The position numbers and the translations under genes are program-made. This document shows positions 52,588 through 64,000 of a stretch of 64,000 nt of DNA, piece by piece. The DNA comes from Tubiluchus corallicola. Taxonomy: Eukaryota > Animalia > Priapulida. The notes under the pieces were generated by a model. It saw only the letters and a program-made list of their open reading frames with translations. It did not search any database and had not been told where the DNA came from. The stretch covers positions 496,001 to 560,000 of the forward strand of contig JAQGDQ010002367.1 of NCBI GenBank assembly GCA_030141605.1. The letters run 5' to 3'. How positions within the stretch are numbered: the stretch's first letter is position 1; every line of letters starts with the position of its first letter.

Positions 52588-55500
52588 CTACTCTTGGGTA
52601 CTAACTTCTAACAGCTCTCTTTGCTTGCGGTTTCTTAACTTCACTGGTGAATGAAGAAATCTAGAAAACAACATAATGCATTAATATTCTGCCATTTGCT
52701 ATGTGCAGCCTAAGTTAGTTTTTGAACAAAACAGTTTTGCCGAAAAAATTGTCTTACTTTCGATCAATGTGCATTGTCAGCCTGTTTTTTATTATGACTA
52801 CGTCAAACTCTAAAAAGGGTAGGAAATATATAGATGTAAAGTAACCAGAAATGGTTCTTAAACTTTGGTAGGTAGCGCATTCTTAATTAACTATACTTAC
52901 ACAAGTTACGACAGCGGCTTAATAATCATACCGGAGCATATAATCAATGTTTTGGTTAATTGTTTGTTTTCAATTATCGAGAAAAGTTGTGTAAATATAA
53001 ATTTGTAATTGATTGTCAATTTCTTCAGGCCCAACAATGAAAATAAATCTTTTATAGACTTTTTTGCATAACTCTGCCATGTTTTCCGAAATAAACAGTA
53101 CTACTGCAACAATCTGTCTGACTGTTACCTGTAACACTGCCTTTCTCCGTTGATTTTCTTCAATATGTTCACTCTATAATAGTATCGGAGAGCTCTGGAC
53201 AGTTTGTCAAATGTCATCTGGGAATGATTCTTCTGCACTCCCCACATTCGAGCAAGTTCTTCTGGTTCAGCAATGTGAAACACGGCGTTGGATCGATCCT
53301 TCCATCTGATGATATGCTTGTAAGCTTGCGGATTCTCAAGCAATTGATAAAGAAAGTCCCACAAAAGGCGCACGCCTGTATACCGCAAAAACACACAGTT
53401 AGAACATAAACAGTAATTTCGGATTTTAAAATCCTTTTTCAGGGTAACCATACTTAAAGTAAAAGCTCAAACAATTTCATACAAGCCACAGTTTCTTATT
53501 TGGATACAGCAAAAAACGCTCTAAAGTCTATTGTAAATCTCCAAAAATTCTCTAAAACCAAGGTTTCCCATAAAAACACTGGCTTGACAGAAATAATACG
53601 AGATTAACTTGCCCACTGCCTTTATTATTCCTATAAGCTGGTGAAGGATATTTAACAAAATCTTAAAACTTGATTTTAAAGAATATTATTGGGGTTTTAC
53701 AGCCCAGATTACTGGTGCAAACACTAAAAAAGATATTCGCTTATTTTAAAGTGGCTTTTTTTGTCAGATCATAGTGGTTAAACCAATAGCCGCAGATTTT
53801 GAATACATGGTTACCGTATTTCATTCAACTTGATTAGAAATTATCAGTGCTAAAATGACCGAGTACAATCAGTACTGTATTTCTGACAAAAACGTGCTTT
53901 CCGTTAGTAATTAAATCAACATACATGTACAAATAAATGAATAAACATAATTATGTATTGCTGTAAAATAAACTGTTGCAAGACTGCCTGATAGCCGCAC
54001 CTTCCCCTTCCACATATTCTGCAATATTTATGTTGCGAATAATTTGTGATCCCGCAATGTAAAATCAAATTCAATGTCGTATACGTATGTAGCTTAATTG
54101 CACTTCTTATAAGATATGAGTTTTTAACTACTAACTGACATTGTTTTTTTTGTTGTTATTTATTTCTGCAACTAACTCAATGAACGTATTGTAGTACAAT
54201 AACTGGAAATAAGTCGTATATAGGCATAATAATATTTAACTCAATTAGTTGCAGCTCACTTGAATTGTTAATAGAGAGAGGCGGTTCGTTGTCTTCTTCA
54301 GAAGAATAACTTCTACTGCAGCCATCATCTGCAATTACAATACATAAAGAATCAACAATATTTATAATCAAAACAAAAACAATAATGGCTCAAGAAAAAG
54401 ATACATTTGATTCCGAATGGCTAAACAATTACTGTTGTTCGCAGCGCATTACAACTATTGAGGAAAGAGCGAAACATCAACATGTGGTAAGAATAACGGC
54501 TGGTTCATAATACCTGCTTGAAGTTATTTGATTAAATCAATTTAGTAAGTTTATGTCGTTTTATACTATTTCTTTCCCTCATTGGTTACTTATTATCGCA
54601 AGTTAAAACGCTGAAGAATATATTATATGTCTAAATAAAAAACGATATTAAAAATAGTACAGATTCTAAGCCATTTTCCAAAATAAGCCGCTATCTATAT
54701 TAATACTGAAAGAGATAATAATACTGTTGGAAAAGTGTATTTTCAGTATGGATGTACACGTAAAGCTGACAATGTAGTCGCTGGTTGTGCCGCAGAGGCG
54801 GGGTTCAATTAAATCTCTAAGCTAATATTTAATTACCAGAAACATTTGGTAATTATTGTACATGATAACATGTACATGTGCTTTAGTCACTTATTAAAAT
54901 AAGATTATGGCCTAACTAAGATCTCTGTTTTCCTTTAAGTATTCAGTAAACTTAAAACACCAACAAATTGCGCATAATTTTGGTATAACCGATGTCTAAT
55001 AATCTTAAAAAACTAAAGGGCTGTTAGTGACTCCATGTAATGTCAGATAGGACTACGATTGTCAGGTAAATTCTGGTTCAAAGCAAACATTGACAAGGTT
55101 TGATAATAATTGATAATACACTTATTTACCGCAGATATGATCACAAACATCCGGGAACAGAATTACTGATAAACTGTCATTACTGGAAATTACCCGAGGA
55201 AAGTCTACAGCAGTAAACGCAATAGCAGGTGGATTCCATATTGTGTTACTTTTACTTGTAGGTCTAAACTCTCTAACGTCTTCACTGGTGTAATTTTTTT
55301 AATAATTGCAAACAATAGTACTTTCTTTTTTAGGCAAACGGGTCATGATAATGAAGGTAATAGACACGACACACACATTCACACTACATACCATCAGACA
55401 TTTAAAATTTATTTTATAATAAAAGTGTTTTTTCAAAATAATTTAATAAATTAAATTGGCATTAAGTAATAGTAATTTGGTATTATTGTCTTAAACAGCA

Positions 55501-58500
55501 TAATGATTCAAATTTTTAAGACAATACTTTATGGTTAAGCTAGTTGCTCATAAGCTTAAAGTGTATTTCGTTTAGATGTTCCAATAATATATTCCGCGAA
55601 AATATTGTGAAGATCCGCAGAACTTGAATTTTGATTTACAGTAACTGTAAACTGATGTCAAAGTAGGCTTACAAGACGGTTAGTTGAACTTAGGTCATTT
55701 TTGCATTAGCTTTTTGCGTAATGTAAACTGATGGCAGATAAAAATCAAGATTTCAAAGTAAAAACAACACAAGAACTGAAACCAAAACAAGAACTTGTCG
55801 GAAAATATGTACTATAGCAAAAGCGCGCTTTATTTGCACAGAATTCATAATTTATGGCTGTCAGTTTTGATGGTTATCGACTGGTAAACATGATTCGACA
55901 CACGGTTTATTTCAGTTCACCAATTAAACCAAATGTACCAAATAAATAAAACAGAATTTAATTTTTGTACTATGAATAAGTTAAGATCTATATTTCGATG
56001 CACCATTTTTGCAGCAGGTGAAATTCTCTTGTTGACTGATGTTCTGTTACGTGCAGTCTGATGTATTCAGTCTAACGTACGTTATTTATTAATTTTTACC
56101 TTACATGAACAGTCCATATAAATGAAGATTTTCCTTGCGCGGTTTACAATAGTACATAGAAGTGATTCGCGTAAAAATATAAAATAATTAACATAAAAAA
56201 TAAAGAATATCCTCATTAATGTTACATAAAAGCGTGGTTGTAAAGCTTGATCAGAGTTGAAAATAAAATAAAATACACTGTAACTAACGACTGTTTTAAG
56301 TACTTCCATGAATTTCTATTTAAATGTTTCAAATTTCGTAATTTTACTTAATTTAGTTTTAATTGCATACTGACTGTAATGTTTCCTTGCTCTGACTGTA
56401 GACCGCCTTGTACCAGAGTTTAATTTTGTAGTAGGAATAAAAAGGAAATTTGACCGTCTAGTGGTCTGCGAGATCGTTTTGCAACTGAAATTTAGCTGTT
56501 TATGGATGTAATAGTAATAATATAATATAATGTAATGTAATGTAATGTAATATAATATAATATAATATAATATAATATAATATAATATAATATAATATAA
56601 TATAATATAATATAATATAATATAATATAATATAATATAATATAATATAATATAATATAATATAATATAATATAATATAATATAATATAATATAATATAA
56701 TATAATATAATATAATAATATAATATAATATAATATAATATAATATAATATAATATAATATAATATAATATAATATAATATAATATAATATAATATAATA
56801 TAATATAATATAATATAATATAATATAATATAATATAATATAATATAATATAATATAATATAATATAATATAATATAATATAATATAATATAATATAATA
56901 TAATATAATATAATATTATATTATATTATATTATATTATATTATATTATATTATATTATATTATAATATATTATATTATAATATAATATAATATAATATA
57001 ATATAATATAATATAATATAATATAATATAATATAATATAATATAATATAATATAATATAATATAATATAATATAATATAATATAATATAATATAATATA
57101 ATATAATATAATATAATATAATATAATATAATATAATATAATATAATATAATATAATTTGGTACTCGGAAGCTCAAAGACATTTTGCAAGCGGTCAAAAA
57201 AGAAGCTAACATGCTGCTTTAAAAACGTGTAATTAATAGCCAGCTTGTTATAGCTTTTATATAATCTTTCGTATATATATAATAATTATGTTTTCCCAAA
57301 TTTCACTATGAATTCATCGTAAATTAGAAACTTTAATTAAAAATTAAAATACTCACTGCTCATGTAAGCTTCAGGATTTGGTAAGCTTTGCTTCAACTTT
57401 TCCCCACTGGGCCCACTGACTGGGCTTACTGGTGGGCTAATAGGTAGCACATCTACAGAATTAAGATACCAATTAGTTGTTAAATTTTTAAAGAGATTAA
57501 AAAATTATTTTATGTACATTACAGATAAAAGTACGTGAATAATTCACGCAATTACGATATGTGAATAATAGTAGTACACGGACACAATGCAGTTATAAAA
57601 TTCAAACAATTCAATAAAAACGCGGTTATTAGAAAAAAGAGTATGAAGAGCTTATTTTCTGTTTTTAACTCCTTCGCGAACATGGGCTTCTCGAGAAAGC
57701 GTCCAGGGATAGAAAAGCTGATAGGCTAGAGGAACACATAGTTATCATCTGTTCGTTGATAAGACAGACAACAAACAAACACTCGAGATGACCCGTAAGA
57801 ACGTACTAGGAGATATATATAATAAAAATACCCAAAATTTCCTGATACACACACGAAACTTTTACCTATTTTTACATAAAAAATGATTTTGTATGTCAAC
57901 AAGAAACCTTAACTTACATAAAAATGTAAATTTATTTAAAAAATAAAATCAGCATTTGAAAAAATAAATGAACTTTGAGTGAGTGACTGGTTGATTGAAT
58001 AAATGAATGGATAAATGAATAAATGAATGACTGAGTGAGTGAATGAATGACTGAATGAATAAAGCAAAGTAAACAAACGAACAAATCCAAAATATTCAGA
58101 ATTTGTTACTACAGCAATCTTTCGTGTAACGTTAATTTTACAACATATAAAAGAAGCAAAGATAATTATTGTATTATTTCTTAAGGTATCAAATTAATTT
58201 CTAATGCGTTAATAACTATTAAATTACTAACAGTATTATAGAACCAAGAATGAGATGGTGATAAGAACCAATGTGTTCTCCAAACTTTATTTAATAATAA
58301 AAATTTTATAAATCCCATAGAGGGATTTTGTGTAGAAAATATAAATTATTAGGTAGTTGCACTATGACCAGGGGCGTACTGAGACATTACGATGCCCCAG
58401 GCAGATAAATCAGACCTGCCTATCTCTATTGTGGATTTATTGTGAAATAATTTGAAGCGCATTCGGAATTACATGTGGTGCATCAGTAGCATTATTACCT

Positions 58501-61500
58501 GGTACTTAAATGGTCATTGTTAATTACAAATATTTGCAGAGCCTTTATATTCGGGTGGACTGCGCAGCTGTTTGTGGTGCAGCACCTCTTACGTAATAAT
58601 TGTACTTTTTTTATCACTTATACGGCACATACATAAAACCGGCACTGTAACTGCTTGTGGTGCGTTATAAAATGGGCACGTTATATGAACATAGAAGGAT
58701 GCGTATTTTCCGAAGAGAATAATAATTTTTGAAAATTTTTAATTTTGTGCTCTAAAATCTGGCGCCCTAGCTTACCCTCCTCTTAGCCTTTTAGTAAATA
58801 CGCCCCTGACTTGTGTTAAACCTGAAATACACCTGCTTGTAAATTACTGCATTAATTACTCGCTTTATTTACGCGCATTGCTGGAAATTTCCGACAAGTT
58901 ATAAAAACTTCTTTGATGATTCACCATAAAATCTGAAAAAACATTCATTATTCAGCGGCTGATTCTGTAACTGGTCCATACTGAAGGTGCAGTATCAGCT
59001 TATAATCTGCTCTTATTTGCATTGCCTATAGAAATCTTGCCCTTTGCGATTTTACATTATTAAGAGCCGGATTAACCAACAGACCAAGTAGACCATTGGC
59101 CTAGAACCCAGAGCATCTGGGGACCCACTGAAACTAATTTGATGCACAGCGTGCCAGCGAATAACCTTGTTTCAAGTATACACCGGGTATTTCATTCCTA
59201 TTACAATATATTCAATAACTATAAGGGCCACTGTAAAGTAAGAACAGGGCCCGTGGTACGGGGCCCCTGTAAAAAAAGTATAGGCCCACAGTGTCACTAT
59301 ACATATTGGATGCTGGAAATATGCCAACATTTCTATAAATTTAGGGACCCACTCATGAGCTTGGTATAGGGCCCATAAGTTGGTAAATACAGCCCTGATT
59401 TTAGCATGTGCCATTTCTAATATTGGTAACTCATCAGTTTGTTACAGATATTGTAAAATATCAGTGATAACAAGCCAGAGTTCCTTACAATTTCGCTTGT
59501 TTGCGCACACGTTAATTGCCTATTCCTGTGTACTGAAGGTTTAATATAGATGTATTTCATTTTAATACATAGCTATGTAGAACAATATATTTTTTAGCAC
59601 TGCAATTCATCTTTGGTGTATATGAAATTTAGTTTTTTTTGAACGGATTAAATTCTAACCAAAACTTAAGTATTCGCAGTAACAATTATATATGTTAATT
59701 AATAATCTTACTCTTGTAGTGCTTAGTACACAATACCTTTTTCCATCAGCGGTTGACTGGAAGTCATCGGCAGCATTGAATAAGAAGATGACAAAGCACT
59801 GGATGTGAGATGTGTGTTATATCCTGCGAATGCGTAGCGAGCATAGGTTATATCTACAAAAAACGATCGACAAATTATTGTTGACTATCCAACGTCCCGT
59901 AAAATATTTTGCACATAACTATATTTTCGATAAAAATCACGCGCGAACATTCTACATAGTGTTCGGTTAGCATTCTTGAACTTTAATAGGCGGATAGATA
60001 TTGGAAACTGGACTCCTTTTTTCAGGCAACTGACACTAATCTAGTTCATGTGTCGGGAGATTTTAACGCAGATTTTAGTCGTGATTACGGTTTGTGGCTA
60101 AATAAATGTGTAACGAGTATTTTTTCAGATAAACTTTTGTTACTGCTGAAACTTTTTCATACCATATTGCATCCCACAATTCTCGTTTATGGCTTGATCA
60201 TATTTTTCAAATGCATAATTGCATTCGGGACATGCATGTTGAACATGCCTTGAACACTTTTCTGTCATCTGTCATGACCATTTTTCTGTCATCTGTCTAC
60301 TAAACATGGATCCAGGTGTGGCCTTAGTGGCCGTTCTAATATTAAACATGCTGATTGAGAAAAGGCTACCCGAAATCAAGTTCAATCGTTAACAGATTCT
60401 GTTATTATACCTATTATTAAAACCAGACCTTTGGATATAACTAGCTGCGATAACCATAGATCAATAGCTATCTCTGCTGTAATTAGCAAATTTATTGAGC
60501 ATGTCATTTCAGAAAGATTTATGGCTATTTTAAGTGCATCTGATTATCAAGTGTATCTATGTGCGCTGAAGGAAATTCTTTATATGTGCAAAAGTCCTGC
60601 TAGTCCTGCTTTTGTGTGCTTTGCAGGGGCTAGCAAGGCTTTTGATAGAGTTAATCGTCTCCTGTTTCAGAAATTAGAAAGTGTGGGTTTGCCGACGCCT
60701 GTACTAGAATTACTTGCCCGTGATGTTTCCATTAAACATTAATGATCTTTCAAAAAAGTTATCAACTATGAGGTCTGCCACGTGTCGTTTAGGTGTACAC
60801 CTATTAATCACTTATTTTATGCTGACGATCTGTGTTTAATTGCTCCCTCTACACCGGCATTACAGAAATGCTTGATTGCTGCGAAGAATATGCCATAATG
60901 GTATTGTAATTAATGCTTTCAAGATGAAAAATGTGTATTTTATTCCAAATGCTTTCAGAAATGTCAGTTTTGCTAATGTAACTTTGCAAGAGAACCGATT
61001 GAACTCGAACGTGAAATAAAATATCTTGGTCATATAATTAACGATGAATGTAAAGACGATGCTGATATTTTAAATCAGTTGCGCCTTTTTATATTAGATT
61101 TAATATTCTTTGCAGAAATTTTTGTTCTTGCTCTGCTGATGTCAGACGTGATCTATTTAAATCTTATTGTTCAACTTTTTACTGTTCTAACCTATGGATC
61201 ACTTTTAATGTTGGTAATATTACGAAATTAAAAGCGGCCTACTATTTTGCATCGACAACATTTTTTGCTTACCGCAGGGGGCACCACAGCATCTAAAATA
61301 TGTGCTGAAAATGGCTGTAATCATTTTAAAGTCATTTTACGTAAAAATACTTTTAGCCTTCGTCAGCGAGTTTAAAATTTAAGCAATGAAGTCATACGTA
61401 GTTTTATTCTTAATACTGATGTCATTTTAACTTCGGATATTTTTGCTCATTGAAAATAACATTTTTTTACATATTTAGATTACTAATTGTCTGTTTTTTT

Positions 61501-63739
61501 GTGTAAATATTTATTTTATTTGTCTTGTAGTAATATTTTTATTGTGATTATTAAGTAAGCTTTGTTTATTATTCTATTGTACTTTTTACGTACTGAAATA
61601 AGTTTAAAATAAAAAATAATAAAATAAATGACCACATTAACTTAAAGCACAAGAAAACACTCTTCATATGTAAAAGCCTAAAATCGTCTTGAAATTTATT
61701 TCACTTACATGCTGCCTTATTGCGCACAGACCTTGCGTCAGCAGTAATGCTGTATAAAACTAGTAAATTCAAACTCCCGCGGTGACCGTTAGGCGCTGCC
61801 ATTTTGACGGCAAAACATTTGAAATAAGTTTAGATAATATTGCGCATAGTTTGAAAAAATAATGGGAACATTCGCAGCACATTCTTCGCTAACTAAGCAA
61901 ATTATAGTATACATTACTGACTATCACCAGTAAGATCAATTATATGTGTTTTCTACATGGCGTTCAGTCAAAATTTCGAAAAAAATCGGCTGGTTGGGTT
62001 CGGGAGAATACCGATTGTAGAAAACCGTGGCTACTCCGCGAATTATAAATTGCTCTACTACACCCACTCCGGGTGATCTACCATTGCTAACACTAGTCAC
62101 TCTACCCCCGGCACATTCCCGTTCTCTCAAAATAAGAGGTACAATTTTTGTGAAAAAGAAAGGGCGAAAATGGCCATTTTAGAGGTTTTTGACCCCCGTT
62201 TCTCCTGGAGGCCATGACCACACTAGATCGAGAGCTTTCATAGATCACCGAGAATGGTGCAATTATTGGTGCAGATACCAGCAGGATCAATTATGTTAAA
62301 CGTTGATCTTTGTGCGTAACTTAACGCAACGCATTAAAACAAGATGTTTCCAAAACACTTTTAGCCTTTGTTTTGTAAATCTTTGTATTTTTGTTGTAAT
62401 TTTGCAAAAAGTTTACGTATGTATGTTATTGTAATGTATATGCCAATAAATAAATTCTATATTCTGGTTACTATGAAATACCAAAGTGGAATTTAATGCT
62501 TATTTTTAAATGTTAATAAATCAATTTGGAATATTCATAATTCATTTTTTAATATTAATAAATCATTTACAAATAGCCAAAATTGTTTTATTAATATTAA
62601 AAAATTATTTATGAATATGATTTAAGATTATTCATAATTGATTTATTAATATTAAAAATTTAGAGCGAATTATGAATATTCATCAACGATTTTTTTAATA
62701 TATTATTCAAAATTGATTTATTAATATTTATAAATAATTTATTAATACTAAAAAGCATTAAATTCCACATTGGCGTCCCACAGGTTAGCAGTAACTTTCT
62801 GCAGAATTCCTAACAGACCATTGACTGTTTTGATTCATATACAGGTGCAAGCCAACTTGCTCATTCGGTCGTTGTTAGAAACATTGAATAGCATTGAACA
62901 CTGCTGGAGTAATTCGATCTGAATTAAGAATCCACGAGCGTATGGAAATGTAGTGCTACCTTTCTACTTGATGGAAAAGTAGTACCATATTTTAATTGGA
63001 TGGAAAAGAAATGTCACCTTTCAAGTCGATGCAGTTTTAAAATTTATCATGAAATTAACACAAATCCAATTCTTAAAGACAAGAATAGTGATAATTAACG
63101 AAAAAAGCCAATAGTTAAGAAAGAAAGAAAAGGGCGACATTTTAAGACATTGCCATGGTTTATAAAAGATAAAGATAAGATAAGATGTACTTTATTCTAG
63201 GTAAAAACCCATAATATCAAGACACACATACAATAAAAACTGCTACATATGTACAATAGTTACTACGTCACACACACATAACCACTTGAAAGTTATTTAC
63301 AGATAAAATACACGTACAAGATTAAAGATTTAAAATTAATAGATGTCTTTTTGTAACGGCTGCTGTAATCTAAAGAACTGAGCTCTTATGAGTCCGACAT
63401 TTAGCATCTTTGATGCGTGTGTAAAATAAATCTGGAAATATTATATTATAATAATTTTAAAGGTCTGATGGCACTTGAGAGATTGTTAGACAGTTCTGTA
63501 CTTAACAGACTTAAATTACTGCATATTTCTATACGTTCATCGTCATGACTGTCGTTGTGTCACAGTGATCTACAGCACAAGTAGTTTAGTAAATTGCAAA
63601 AGCGTTGTGCACATTACAAATGTAGCACATGATGGCCTTACAGTTTCTGTATACAGGACTACTGGCCTACTCACCGTATGATCGTAATAAACATTGTAAA
63701 GCGTTGTACAAGATATCCCCATTTACTGGAAACCGATTT
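52588..63739 (-). CDS. ETV6: ETS transcription factor of the ETV6/ETV7 (Tel/Yan) subfamily, 5'-incomplete
   Basis: Firm exons: 63739-63675 (RFPVNGDILYNALQCLL, end of PNT/SAM domain), 53375-53129 (ETS: RLLWDFLYQLL...KNHSQMTFDKLSRALRYYYRVNIL), 52660-52588 (FLHSP...stop). Likely linker exons 57452-57357 and 54328-54260; possible ones at 55204-55130, ~58931-58872 and from 59853. Symbol denotes the subfamily, not strict orthology. Confidence 0.85.
56515..57157. repeat. (ATATA)n pentamer array, ~640 bp, with internal inverted block
   Basis: (TAATA)n with a (TGTAA)4 variant at 56531-56550 and reverse-complement (TTATA)n at ~56914-56980. Confidence 0.95.
58369..58808. mobile_element. hAT-type MITE, decayed
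   Basis: CAGGGGCGTA...TACGCCCCTG 10-bp TIR; flanks ACTATGAC / ACTTGTGT match only partly. Confidence 0.6.
59062..59397. mobile_element. hAT-type MITE, decayed
   Basis: AGAGCCGGATTAACCAAC / GTTGGTAAATACAGCCCTG imperfect TIR, internal GGGCCC motifs; no clear TSD. Confidence 0.5.
60020..61630 (+). mobile_element. Heavily deleted L2/CR1-group LINE in an ETS-gene intron (antisense to the gene)
   Basis: GDFNAD (endonuclease), NHRSIAI, ASKAFDRVN, FYADDL and IKYLG motifs; A-rich tail ~61605-61628. Confidence 0.85.
62471..62783. mobile_element. AT-rich fold-back MITE with 4-bp TSD
   Basis: CTATG..CCAAAGTGGAATTTAATGCTT / AAGCATTAAATTCCACATTGG..CACAG TIR; GTTA at 62467-70 and 62784-87. Confidence 0.7.
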
Positions 63740-64000
63740 CTAAAATCCACTTTATCTAACAAACAGAAGGCTTTTCCTGCGTGCAACACAAAAAACCAAA
63801 GTTTTAATCGAATACTTAATAAGAAAGTACTTATTAGTCTTTTCAGTTCGCTACCTAAATTAATACACTTTAACTTTGTCTTCAGCTTTACATCTTATTT
63901 TTACTAAAGTGTATTAATTTATGTAGCGAACTGAAAAGACTAATAAGCACTTTCTTAGGCGCTTAACAATAATTTACGTTAAAAGTGATACATAAGATTT

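Noticed and set aside
56971-57212. YYIIL-repeat ORFs
   Set aside because: Translations of the pentamer satellite.
62820-62920. Extra ETS-gene exon after an acceptor near 62918
   Set aside because: The phase-1 frame required by the upstream exon hits a stop before any good donor.

Overview
AT-rich invertebrate (animal) nuclear DNA; species not determinable from the sequence. Five host genes were assembled by hand from splice signals: a 5-exon clan-2 cytochrome P450 (-), an intronless ARMC3 (-) with adjacent forkhead and X-box motifs, a 4-exon GPI-anchored Ly6/three-finger gene (+) with a downstream partial duplicate, 6-exon DCTN2/dynamitin (+), and the 3' part of an ETV6/7 (Tel/Yan)-type ETS gene (-) running off the right edge. 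The rest is dense, often nested transposon debris: CR1/L2-type and RTE LINE fragments, hAT and CACTG-ended elements with target-site duplications (TSDs), a TTAA-inserting element, a probable solo LTR, a tRNA-derived SINE and simple repeats. I see no convincing new multi-gene system. The best leads are a P450 lacking the I-helix catalytic acid (GGTMTT), an intronless ARMC3, the Ly6 duplicate fused in frame to a LINE, and a TTAA element with a transposase-like remnant. All coordinates were read by eye and family names come from motif recognition, not database searches.
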